A stretch of DNA of 10,947 bases, from IMG/VR virus record IMGVR_UViG_2648501669_000001; one strand, written 5' to 3'. Both the position numbers and the translations under genes were made by a program. Below are positions 1 through 8,700 of the stretch, piece by piece. Position 1 is the stretch's first letter, and each line of letters opens with the position of its first letter. The DNA comes from a virus. Its lineage: Duplodnaviria; Heunggongvirae; Uroviricota; Caudoviricetes. Below the pieces are notes generated by a model. The model saw only the letters and a list, made by a program, of their open reading frames with translations, was not told where the DNA came from and searched no databases.

Positions 1-20
1 TAGTGTGGTAGGTGGTGGGT

Positions 21-159
21 CTGATGTCCGGCGGTGCTTTTGCCGTTACGCACCACCCCGTCAGTAGCTGAACAGGAGGGACAGCTGATAGAAACAGAAG
101 CCACTGGAGCACCTCAAAAACACCATCATACACTAAATCAGTAAGTTGGCAGCATCACC
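21..159 (-). mobile_element. Truncated IS1 copy (terminal inverted repeat plus first 139 bp), inverted, with its outer terminus abutting phage DNA at 160
   Basis: Positions 21-159 are the exact reverse complement of 10611-10749, which begins GGTGATGCTGCCAACTTACTGAT, recognised as the IS1 end. Positions 1-20 do not continue the IS1 sequence. Confidence 0.85.
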
Positions 160-339
160 GAAAGTGCGTTATCTGCAATGACGATAAAGGGTAATTCGTT
201 TACCTACGAGTCAATTGCGGTTTTACAACAACTGAAAAGGGATTACGAAAAACAACTCGTAAAACTCATTCAGCAAGAACGGCGCAAGGCTGGCAATTAC
301 TCACCAATTACACCGATTAAAGTACGCTTAACTCGATAA
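160..339 (+). other. Possible 3' remnant of an upstream gene truncated by the IS1 insertion (perhaps terminase large subunit C-terminus), or a small 53-aa ORF from ATG 178
   Basis: The frame is open from the IS1 junction to TAA at 337-339, ending 9 bp before the portal start. There is no convincing Shine-Dalgarno before ATG 178. It is below the ORF-track length cutoff. No family was recognised. Confidence 0.3.
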
Positions 340-348
340 GGATTTAAC

Positions 349-1872
349 ATGTTTAATTTTTTCAAACGCAAAAAAGATATGCCCGTGAATCCGGTTAAGA
401 AAATCGGTATTCGCCAACACCGCAAATTATTTGTAGATCGCAAGATTGAAGAATTTACCAAAGACTTACATAAACGCTCTTTGGGATTGGTTGAAAGCGA
501 CCGCATTGAAGGAAGTATGGCGCGTAATGTCATCACTGGCAGCATTAACAGCGCGATTAAGGGGTCCGCATCACGTCTATACAATCAAGGCCGTTATCTT
601 GCGTTAAACACTTCTATTGGCTCCCGTTATTGCCAACACGTTATTGATTCCGTGGTAGGTACTGGCTTACAGCCTCGAACCTTCGTTATGAAAGGGGAAA
701 AGCTGGACGCAACCACTAACACCGCTATTGAGAATGCTTTTTGGCGTTGGGCTAGCTCTCAGAAACGATTCTCGCGCATCGGAAAGATTAACTTCCTTGA
801 ATGCTTAAAGTTGATGGAAAAAGAGCGCGTGATGGGTGGTGATGCGTTTCTGGTACTCCATGAAGATGGTAAGGATCTGCAAGTATCCATTTATGGTGCG
901 GATTGTGTTGATTGGTCAGATCAGCGCACCTTAGATAACGGTAATGTCGTTTACGCTGGCATCGAATATGAAGATGAAAAGCCCGTTGCATATTGGTTTA
1001 GGCGTCGTGACCTGTTTACTCAGTCCTTTACTGGCGAACGTGTACGAATCCCGGCGGAAAGAGTGCTGCATTACTTTATCCCTGGTACAGCCGACGCATT
1101 ACGTGGTATTACTGATTTCTTGCTAATAATCAAAGATATAGCTCATCTTGAAGCGTTCCGCGAGACTGTAATAATCGGTAAGCGCGTGCACGCAAGCAGC
1201 ATGGCCTTTATCACAAGCGATAAAGAAAATCAAGATTCATTTGATGTTGGTGAAGATGACACGGAAAACTATCAACCGCCAACAATGATCACTGACTTCG
1301 AACCGGGTACTATCAATATACTGGAACCGGGGCAAGACGTTAAAACGGTACAATCAACTCAAGGCGGCGATGATTTCGAAAAATTCAATGAAGCAATGCT
1401 GACTTCTATTTCTATGGGTCTGTCTAGCTTTAAACAAGCTCTTACAGGAGATACAAGTTCTATTAACTACTCATCAGCAAAATTCGGTCATAATATTGAA
1501 TCCGCTCGCTTCAAGACGCATCAAGATCGCTTAGTTGATACTGTTATTCTTCCATTATTTGAGGCGTTTTTACGTCACGCGGTAATTAACTCAAAAATCA
1601 ATGTTCGCATGACGCAGATCGATTCTATTTTGGATGCAACGACAATTATTAGACCTCGCGTTACGTCTATTGAACCGATCAAAGATATTCAGAGTGAAGT
1701 TCTGTTAATAGAAAGCGGATTGAAGTCTAAAGCTCAGGTCATTATGGAAATGGGTCAAGATCCGTCTCAGGTCTTTAAAGAAATTGAGGCAGAAAAACAC
1801 ATGCTAAATACATGCGTCGTGAGTGAGGGTGAGACTGAAAAAGAAAAATCTCCTGATACTCAAAATGAATAA
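349..1872 (+). CDS. Phage portal protein (lambda gpB-like family)
   Basis: 507-aa ORF with AAGGA Shine-Dalgarno 7 nt upstream. Size and position (first gene of the head module, directly before the protease-capsid gene) fit a portal. The C-terminal region (LLIESGLKSKAQVIMEMGQDPSQVFKEIEAEK) resembles the lambda gpB C-terminus as I recall it. Confidence 0.8.
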   Translation: MFNFFKRKKDMPVNPVKKIGIRQHRKLFVDRKIEEFTKDLHKRSLGLVESDRIEGSMARNVITGSINSAIKGSASRLYNQGRYLALNTSIGSRYCQHVIDSVVGTGLQPRTFVMKGEKLDATTNTAIENAFWRWASSQKRFSRIGKINFLECLKLMEKERVMGGDAFLVLHEDGKDLQVSIYGADCVDWSDQRTLDNGNVVYAGIEYEDEKPVAYWFRRRDLFTQSFTGERVRIPAERVLHYFIPGTADALRGITDFLLIIKDIAHLEAFRETVIIGKRVHASSMAFITSDKENQDSFDVGEDDTENYQPPTMITDFEPGTINILEPGQDVKTVQSTQGGDDFEKFNEAMLTSISMGLSSFKQALTGDTSSINYSSAKFGHNIESARFKTHQDRLVDTVILPLFEAFLRHAVINSKINVRMTQIDSILDATTIIRPRVTSIEPIKDIQSEVLLIESGLKSKAQVIMEMGQDPSQVFKEIEAEKHMLNTCVVSEGETEKEKSPDTQNE

Positions 1873-1914
1873 CCCAACGGGGCGCAATGCCCCCAATAAT
1901 TTTCAAGGTGATCT

Positions 1915-3969
1915 ATGACAACAAAACAATTCCGTCGTAGTGTTGCGGTAGATACCCCTGATTTTATCGAAGAAAAAGACGAACGAATTATTGAATTGGC
2001 TTTCTCAAGCGAGGCTCCTTATACACGTTATTACATGAATCAGGACGGCGAGCAAGTCGAATTAAAAGAGATTCTCGTACACGATGAATCAGCGGTTGAT
2101 CTATCCGTTTTAAACGAGACTAACGCAAGTCTTCTGTTTAATCACAATCTGGATCTTCATATCGGCAAGATTGTTCCTGGCTCCGCTCGTATTGACGAAG
2201 ACCGTGTAGGTCGTTGCCTTGTCCAATTCTCCAAAGTAGGCCAACTGGCTAATGAATGCTTTGAGAAGGTAAAAGAGGGAACACTTTCACAAGTTAGCGT
2301 CGGTTATAACGTTCTTGATGGCAAAGCCGATTTTAACAAAGGGATCTATTATGTTACACGCTGGCAACCTTTCGAATGCAGTCTTGTAACGTGTGCCGCA
2401 GATCCATTTAATGCGGGTGTTGGACGCTCTCTAAATACAGACAACGAAATGATTGTTTTGGAGGGTGAACAAGTGGAAGACGAAATTAAAGATACTCCGG
2501 TCGAAGAAATTAAACCGGAAGATGAAGAAAAACGTTCCGAAGAAGAGAAAGAGGAACAAGAAAATGAAGAAATTGATTCCGATTCTGGAAATAGTGCTGA
2601 CAGTGGCGAAGATGTGGAAGAACCGCAAGAAGTAACGCCAGAAGAAAAAGAAGAACGTTCCGAAGATGAACCGGAAGAAACAGAAGAACTAAATAAAGAT
2701 ACAGACGAGAACGACGAAACGGAAAATACATCCGAACCAGTCGAAGAAGAAAAGATTGAAGACGAAGAAAAACCGTTTGAACGTTCTCGCGAAGATACCG
2801 CCGAAATTCGTGCTATCGGAAAACATCTAAATATCTCCGAAGACGTGATTGAAGCTGCAATTAAAGATAGTGCCGTGACTATTGAAAATTTTAAAGAAAA
2901 AGCACGCGCACTAAATACTACCGAATCTAAAACTTTTGTTAAAGGAAAAATTACCATGACCGATACCATTAAAACTCTGGAATCCCGTTTCGATCTTAAT
3001 AAAGCTGTACGTGCAATCGCAGAGGGTAAAGCCCTGACTGGCGCAGAAGCTGAATATTCTCAGGAAGAAGCACGTAAAGCCGCAGCGCGTGGTCGTGCGC
3101 AGCGTTCTAACTCCGTATTCATTCCGGCGTCCGCTCTGCGTGCTAGCCAGAACATGGAATCTCTGAAACCAGTAGTTGGTGAAGAAATCCGCCATGATTG
3201 CTTCGTTGATATGATCATGGAACGTTCTATTCTGGGTAAATTGGGTGTGCGTACCATTAACGCAACTGGTCCTGTTTCTCTGCCGTCTCTGACTTCCAGC
3301 AATCTGGAAAACTTCGGTTTTGTTGCAGAAGGTCAATCCGCTGGTGAAGGTACTATTAAGTTTGCAGCGCAGCCGATGACTCTCAAGACTTTTAACGGAA
3401 TTGTTCCTGTAACGCGTCAGGCTGCAATCACACTGCCCAATATTGGCGCTATCGTTGGTGAGCACATGCTGAAACACAGTGCTATCGCTCTGGAAAAAGC
3501 GATTCTGTCCAATGCTGCTAACACTAACGCTCGTGATGGTCTGACTAAGATCCTGACCGACGCTGGCAAAGTTAAACAGATTGATTGGACCTATGCCGAG
3601 TTCCTGAAACTGGTAGCTGAACTGACCGACAAAGGTTATAACGAAGCGGATCTGGCATTTGCTACCCGTGGTGTTGTTAAAGCTGAACTGGCAGCGCAAC
3701 TCAAAGCAGCTAATGTTCCGGGCTTCCTGGTAGAAGGCGATAAACTGGTTAACCGTCCGATCTATGGCTCTGGTGTAGTTGCTCAGGATACCATGCTGTT
3801 TGGTGACTTTAGCTCCCTTGTTGTTGCAGACTTCGGATCGCTGGAACTGGATTGCGACGATACCACAGGTCGCGCGGCTGGCAACCTGTACTTCCGTGTA
3901 TGGGCTGATCTGGATTGGGCTGTTATGGACCATAGCGCACTGACCGTAGTTCAGAAAAAAGTTGACTGA
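1915..3969 (+). CDS. Prohead protease - acidic scaffold/delta linker - HK97-fold major capsid protein fusion
   Basis: 684-aa ORF with AAGGTGA Shine-Dalgarno. The N-terminal ~170 aa look like an HK97-type prohead protease. Residues ~183-300 are a hyper-acidic low-complexity linker (EEKRSEEEKEEQENEE...). The C-terminal ~290 aa are HK97-fold capsid-like (e.g. GDFSSLVVADFGSLELD). It sits immediately after the portal. Confidence 0.8.
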   Translation: MTTKQFRRSVAVDTPDFIEEKDERIIELAFSSEAPYTRYYMNQDGEQVELKEILVHDESAVDLSVLNETNASLLFNHNLDLHIGKIVPGSARIDEDRVGRCLVQFSKVGQLANECFEKVKEGTLSQVSVGYNVLDGKADFNKGIYYVTRWQPFECSLVTCAADPFNAGVGRSLNTDNEMIVLEGEQVEDEIKDTPVEEIKPEDEEKRSEEEKEEQENEEIDSDSGNSADSGEDVEEPQEVTPEEKEERSEDEPEETEELNKDTDENDETENTSEPVEEEKIEDEEKPFERSREDTAEIRAIGKHLNISEDVIEAAIKDSAVTIENFKEKARALNTTESKTFVKGKITMTDTIKTLESRFDLNKAVRAIAEGKALTGAEAEYSQEEARKAAARGRAQRSNSVFIPASALRASQNMESLKPVVGEEIRHDCFVDMIMERSILGKLGVRTINATGPVSLPSLTSSNLENFGFVAEGQSAGEGTIKFAAQPMTLKTFNGIVPVTRQAAITLPNIGAIVGEHMLKHSAIALEKAILSNAANTNARDGLTKILTDAGKVKQIDWTYAEFLKLVAELTDKGYNEADLAFATRGVVKAELAAQLKAANVPGFLVEGDKLVNRPIYGSGVVAQDTMLFGDFSSLVVADFGSLELDCDDTTGRAAGNLYFRVWADLDWAVMDHSALTVVQKKVD

Positions 3970-4098
3970 ACTCCTGTAGAACCTTCTGAACCTTCCCCCG
4001 ATTCGGGGGAAGAAAATCTGATTCCTAAACCGGAAGAAGAATCCCAGACGGTTACGGCGAAAGCCACAGCAAAACGAGGCCGCAAGCCTAAAGAATGA
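3970..4098 (+). other. In-frame open extension after the capsid UGA stop (42 codons ending ...VTAKATAKRGRKPKE); candidate readthrough product
   Basis: Same frame as 1915-3969, with no stop codon until TGA at 4096-4098. The stop context is UGA-A. It contains the 36-bp core repeat 4051-4086 that is identical to 9994-10029. Confidence 0.4.
4051..4086 (+). repeat. 36-bp exact direct repeat, copy 1 (gttacggcgaaagccacagcaaaacgaggccgcaag); encodes VTAKATAKRGRK
   Basis: Identical to 9994-10029. The flanking sequence is also similar at DNA and peptide level. Confidence 0.9.
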
Positions 4099-4103
4099 TA
4101 ATT

Positions 4104-4130
4104 AGCCCTGCCTAGTGCGGGGCTTTTTTG
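4104..4130 (+). terminator. Rho-independent terminator downstream of the capsid gene and its extension
   Basis: GC-rich hairpin agccctgc / CTAGT loop / gcggggct followed by TTTTTT. Confidence 0.6.
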
Positions 4131-4159
4131 TATGTAAATACTCCATAAAGGGGGTAACT

Positions 4160-4450
4160 ATGTTCAAATTATCAGAATCACAATTATCAAGAATGTTTAA
4201 GAGTGCTCCTGTATTTTCGGTGGAAGGTGGTAAATCAATTCGTGCTTATCATGAAATTACTACTACCGACGAATCGGGGGTAATGACAGAAACCGAATTT
4301 CTATTCTGTCGTGAGGGAGACTTAAATCAGGGTGATATTGTCATTGTAGAAAACCAGCGTTTCAAAGTTCAATACGTTAAGCGCAATGGTGATAATACCA
4401 CTGATTGCTTTATTACTCTGGCAGGGGGTACACATGCTCGCTACCGTTAA
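4160..4450 (+). CDS. Small head-tail connector / head completion protein (putative)
   Basis: 97-aa ORF from the internal ATG at 4160, preceded by AAAGGGGG Shine-Dalgarno. The longer ORF-track start at 4115 lies inside the upstream terminator. Size and position (between capsid and tail terminator) fit a connector. No strong motif was recognised. Confidence 0.5.
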   Translation: MFKLSESQLSRMFKSAPVFSVEGGKSIRAYHEITTTDESGVMTETEFLFCREGDLNQGDIVIVENQRFKVQYVKRNGDNTTDCFITLAGGTHARYR

Positions 4451-4856
4451 TAATATGCCTAGACTGAAAATCAAACGCGCCTTGCAAGATATTATCGAAC
4501 AAGATTTAGGTCTGGCTTTAAACGTAGAACAAACTCAGCAAGGTTTTAGTGATGACGTGGTTTGTTGGATTACTGGCATGAATGAGACTTACACTAGGGT
4601 CCGTGGTGGTAATGCAATGCAAGCTGAATGCGTTATCGAAATGCAATTATATTCTCAGATTCATGAAACAAAAATCCATGAGGGTATTTGCCAGATAATC
4701 CAGATTCAGCCGGATAACCCACGTTTTAAAGATTTGGGCTTCTCTATTTCAGATATCACTCCAGTAGCCTCTAATACCGATTATGACGATGATTCTAGTG
4801 ATGGGGGTATCGTTGGGACACTTAGCCTTAAATTTTCTTATCTAGCGCGTTTTTAA
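4434..4856 (+). CDS. Tail terminator protein, lambda gpU-like (putative)
   Basis: 140-aa ORF from ATG 4434 with AGGGGG Shine-Dalgarno, overlapping the previous gene by 17 bp. VCWITGMNETYT...ECVIEMQLY and the acidic C-terminal TDYDDDSSDGG resemble lambda gpU (VAVYLTGAEYT...ELHIEVFL...YDYRRDDDAG) as I recall it. Confidence 0.55.
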   Translation: MLATVNNMPRLKIKRALQDIIEQDLGLALNVEQTQQGFSDDVVCWITGMNETYTRVRGGNAMQAECVIEMQLYSQIHETKIHEGICQIIQIQPDNPRFKDLGFSISDITPVASNTDYDDDSSDGGIVGTLSLKFSYLARF

Positions 4857-4865
4857 GGGGTAATA

Positions 4866-5699
4866 ATGAATATTACACAAGATAACTTAGATATTTTCAC
4901 TGGATCACATGTTGAAGTGTCGATCTCTAACCAGATAGACAATCAGGTCGACTTTTTCGATCCTAGCTTTAGTTCTATGGAGAACATCGCAGCATTCCCT
5001 ACGCTAACCGAATCCACAGAGATAGAAACTCTGGAAGAGTACGATCAGGACGCTACGGGGAAACTTGCTGGTTATCGTAGACTGGAACCGACAACACTCA
5101 CATTAAACCGTGTTCTTGACGATGAACATCAAGCAATGTTGATGAAAGCGGTAGAGGATAAAACACCTTTACGCTTCCGTATGTTCTATGTTGTGAACTC
5201 TGGCTATAGTGCTGCTAACACTGGTTACTATGTCATCTATGACGCTTATGTCACTAGTCACAAAACCCGTGGCGCAGATAACAAAGCTGTAACACTGGAA
5301 TTTAAACTTGAACCAGATGGCGGGATTTTGGCAAGGGGTATTGCTACCGAAGGCCGGATCTTACGTCAGGGTGATTTTGGTATCGGTGCTGGTGTAAATC
5401 CTTTCAGTGGTCCTATTGATAGTGAATCTCTGACAGGAAACCGTTTCGTAACTTACAAGGGAACTGCTAGCACTAACCCTTATGGTGCTGATACATCGTT
5501 AATTCATCTTCAAGCTAATGAGCATGGCGCATGGCAATTAACCTGTAATACTTCTGGCGCACCGCGTTTACGCGTCCGAAATATTCAGGAAAACGGTAAA
5601 TCTGAATGGATTAAAGTCTATTCTACAAACGAGAAACCGACACCTAGCGAAATTGGCGCAGTGGCTAAGACTGACCGGATCGATTTCGGCGAATACTAA
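4866..5699 (+). CDS. Major tail (tube) protein with a C-terminal fibre-like domain
   Basis: 277-aa ORF with AAGGGG Shine-Dalgarno, placed after the gpU-like gene as in the lambda Z-U-V order. The N-terminal ~135 aa are paralogous to ORF 9445-9915. The C-terminal ~70 aa are homologous to an internal segment of the tail fibre (shared KPTP-x-EIGA motif). Confidence 0.6.
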   Translation: MNITQDNLDIFTGSHVEVSISNQIDNQVDFFDPSFSSMENIAAFPTLTESTEIETLEEYDQDATGKLAGYRRLEPTTLTLNRVLDDEHQAMLMKAVEDKTPLRFRMFYVVNSGYSAANTGYYVIYDAYVTSHKTRGADNKAVTLEFKLEPDGGILARGIATEGRILRQGDFGIGAGVNPFSGPIDSESLTGNRFVTYKGTASTNPYGADTSLIHLQANEHGAWQLTCNTSGAPRLRVRNIQENGKSEWIKVYSTNEKPTPSEIGAVAKTDRIDFGEY

Positions 5700-5729
5700 G
5701 GATTCTCCTACCTAAATAAAACATGACGC

Positions 5730-5763
5730 GGGGAGGTTAACGCCTCCCTTATTCCTGTTTTAT
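5730..5763 (+). terminator. Putative intrinsic terminator after the major tail gene
   Basis: Hairpin GGGGAGG / ttaacg / CCTCCC followed by a T-rich tract (ttattcctgtttta). The T-run is interrupted. Confidence 0.45.
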
Positions 5764-5779
5764 AGTGAGGTGATTCTAG

Positions 5780-8700
5780 ATGCAATCAATCCAATTTAAA
5801 CGCACACAAACGGCTGGTAAAAAACCAACGCCGGAACAATTATCACAGGGTGAATTGGCTATTAACCTTGCTGATCACGTTCTGTATACCAAAGATAAAA
5901 ATAACGCAGTAGTTCAAATCTCTGTTTCTCCAGAAAAACACGCTGAACTTAACACGAAAGTAGACCAGAATAAAACTAGCACTGACCGTGTTATTGCTTC
6001 CAACAAACAAGAGGCCGCTAATAATCTGGCTAGTGTTAAAGCTGAACTGAATCAGACTATTACCGCTAAAGACACCGCAACCAATAAGCGCATTGATGCT
6101 ACCAACACCACTGTTAGTAACTTAACCCAGACAGTTACGGCAAATAAAACCGATGCCGACACTAAGATCAATAACCTTACGGGGACCGTATCTGCGAATA
6201 AGACCGCAATTGAAAGAACCGTTGCCGCAAACAAATCTGATGCAGATAGCAAACATGCAGCTTTAACGAAAACGGTCACTGACAATAACACCGCGATTAA
6301 CAACAAGGTTAATACCACTAACACCAACGTTAGCAACTTAACTAAAACTGTTACTGCAAATAAAACCGATGCAGATAACAAAATTTCTAGCTTAACTAGC
6401 ACGGTTGCAGCTAACAAAACAGCGATTGAAAAGGTCGTTTCCGACAACAAGAAAGATGCTGATACTAAAATCAGTAACCTTACTGGCACTGTGAATAGTA
6501 ACCATACCGCTATTAACAACAAGGTAGACCAGAACAAATCATCGACCGATGCCGCAATTACAGCCGCCAACAAGCGAATTGATGGTATTGAAGGTAGTGC
6601 TAACGCAGCATATATCAAGAAGAACACAAAGACCTATCACGGCGCGTATTTGTATAGCAAGACTGGTAACTATCTGGAAGATTCAACCGCGAGAGATCTT
6701 AATTACTTCGGTGCATTCCGTACCAATGGTCAAGATGGACTCATGGATCTAACCCTTAACGTTCCTCACTCTTCCGGTAAAGCGCATGGTCGAGGATTTA
6801 CTTTCCGTTATGCGTCTGGCGGATCTCGTGTTGAAACCTATGGTTTTGATGCTCAGGGACAAAAAGCGTTTAGCTATAAAATGTATCACGAAGGGGATAA
6901 ACCGACTCCTGCTGAAATTGGCGCATATACCAAAGGCGAAATTGATAAGATGTTTATTAAAAATGTCACAATGTCTGTTCCTTCTGGTAGTGAATCCCGT
7001 GCTTATTTCAAGATTGCTACGGCTACGATCCCACAAAATGGTCGTATGGTAATGCTTCGTATCTTCGGTGGTAATGGTTATAACGTTAACTCCTATGATC
7101 AGGTTGATTTCCTTGAAATTGTTATCCGTTCCGGTAACAATAACCCGAAAGGCGTTAGTATTGCTGCTTATCGTCGAAACTCTTTGAACGTTCATCAAGT
7201 ATTTGCGGTTAATACTTCCGGTGATAACTACGACATTTACGTTAACTACGGTCGTTATACTGATAACGTTATTGTCGAATATGGTAAGACTAGCGGTGTT
7301 TCACTGACTGTTCATGACACCCCAGCTATGACTAACGTTAAGCCGTCTACTGGTGTTACAGATGGACGTGTTATTACAATGTTCAACACCGAAAACAAGG
7401 CCGGAACGTTGATGTTTGATAATAACGGACAGGGTACATATGATATTGTCAGTTTGAATAACGATTCAGGTACTGGTAAAAAATATCTTCGTAAATTCCG
7501 TAGTAAAGCCGCAGAAACAATCTGGCATGAAACTGTTCAAGGTAACGTTTATCGTTTAGCGACTGGTACTACCGATTCTAGCGAAGTTCTACGAATCACT
7601 GGTCGCACCATGTTTACTGGTAAAGGTGTATTTGATGCCGGACAAAACGTTCTTAGATTAGAGCGTCCTAGTAATCAATCAAACTATATTGAATGGCAAG
7701 ACCGCCGCAATGGTGCTAATGCTCGTCAAGGTTGGATTGGTTTTGGTAGTGCTGAAACAAATAACTTCCAATGGTATAGCGATCAGGGGAAAAACTCATT
7801 TCAGCTAGAAGCTAACGGTCAATGCTCTATTACCACTGGTGCAACTAAAATTGTATATACAAACGGCGAGTATGTAGCTGCTAACTCAAATGCATTCCGT
7901 ATGATTTACGGCAATTATGGTGCATTTTGGCGCAATGACTCCGCAAAAGTTTATCTTCTGTCAACGGCTGAAAACGATAAGTTTGGTGGTTGGAATACTT
8001 ATCGACCATTCATTTATGATCTGACTTCCGGTAACGTTCAATTAGGCGGTGATGGTAACGAAGATGCATTAACGTTAGAACGTGCAAGCCGTGCCGCTCG
8101 TTTTAGTAATGACGTTTACATTAAGAAAGGTTTTTTGACTTTCGACGCTGGGCGTTCTGGATCGCGTGATTATATTCGATTTAATCATTGGGGCGATAGC
8201 AACAACGCCCGTGATAACGTTTTATACCTCGAAGACAGCAAAGGTCGCCATTTCAGCACCGAACGTAATATGGCTACAGGTGGACTAAAGGCATATTTCT
8301 TAGGTGATCTTGAAGTTGCTGGTCAAATGAGATGGGGTAAGAATACCGGACAATCTAGCTTCAATATTCGTGCATGGGGTAATGATACTCGTAAACAAGT
8401 ATTAGAATGCGCAGATGAAAGCGGCTGGCATTTCTACACACAGCGTGCTGGCGGTCCTGGTACTACCGCAATCGAGTTTAGCGTAAACGGTAAAATTAAC
8501 GCTCCCCAACTGTCTATTAGTCAGGATGCAACCATTCCTAAGTTTAATAGCGGTTTTGGTGTTGGTGTTGCTAACGGATTGGGTGGAAATTCTATTGTTT
8601 TAGGCGATAGTGATACTGGATTTAAACAAAACGGTGATGGTGTCCTTGATACCTACGCTAATAACGTTAATGTTGTTCGTCACACATCTGGCGGCATTAC

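Noticed and set aside
297-584. Minus-strand 95-aa ORF overlapping the portal start
   Set aside because: It is antisense to the portal gene and its upstream region, with no translation signals.
2349-3933. Long minus-strand ORFs 2349-2969, 2431-2628, 2510-2731, 2911-3933 and 3060-3302, plus plus-strand 2453-2635
   Set aside because: They lie wholly within the protease-capsid gene, have low-complexity or implausible compositions, and have no ribosome-binding sites. They are shadows of the coding strand.
4115-4159. ORF-track start at 4115 for the 97-aa gene (MRGFFVCKYSIKGVT...)
   Set aside because: This ATG lies inside the upstream terminator hairpin and has no Shine-Dalgarno. The internal ATG at 4160 has a strong AAAGGGGG site.
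6052-7198. Minus-strand ORFs 6052-6627 and 6749-7198, and plus-strand 6549-6752 and 6786-7052
   Set aside because: They are embedded in the tail-fibre gene. The 191-aa one is a Leu/Val/Ala-rich shadow of the tandem shaft repeats.
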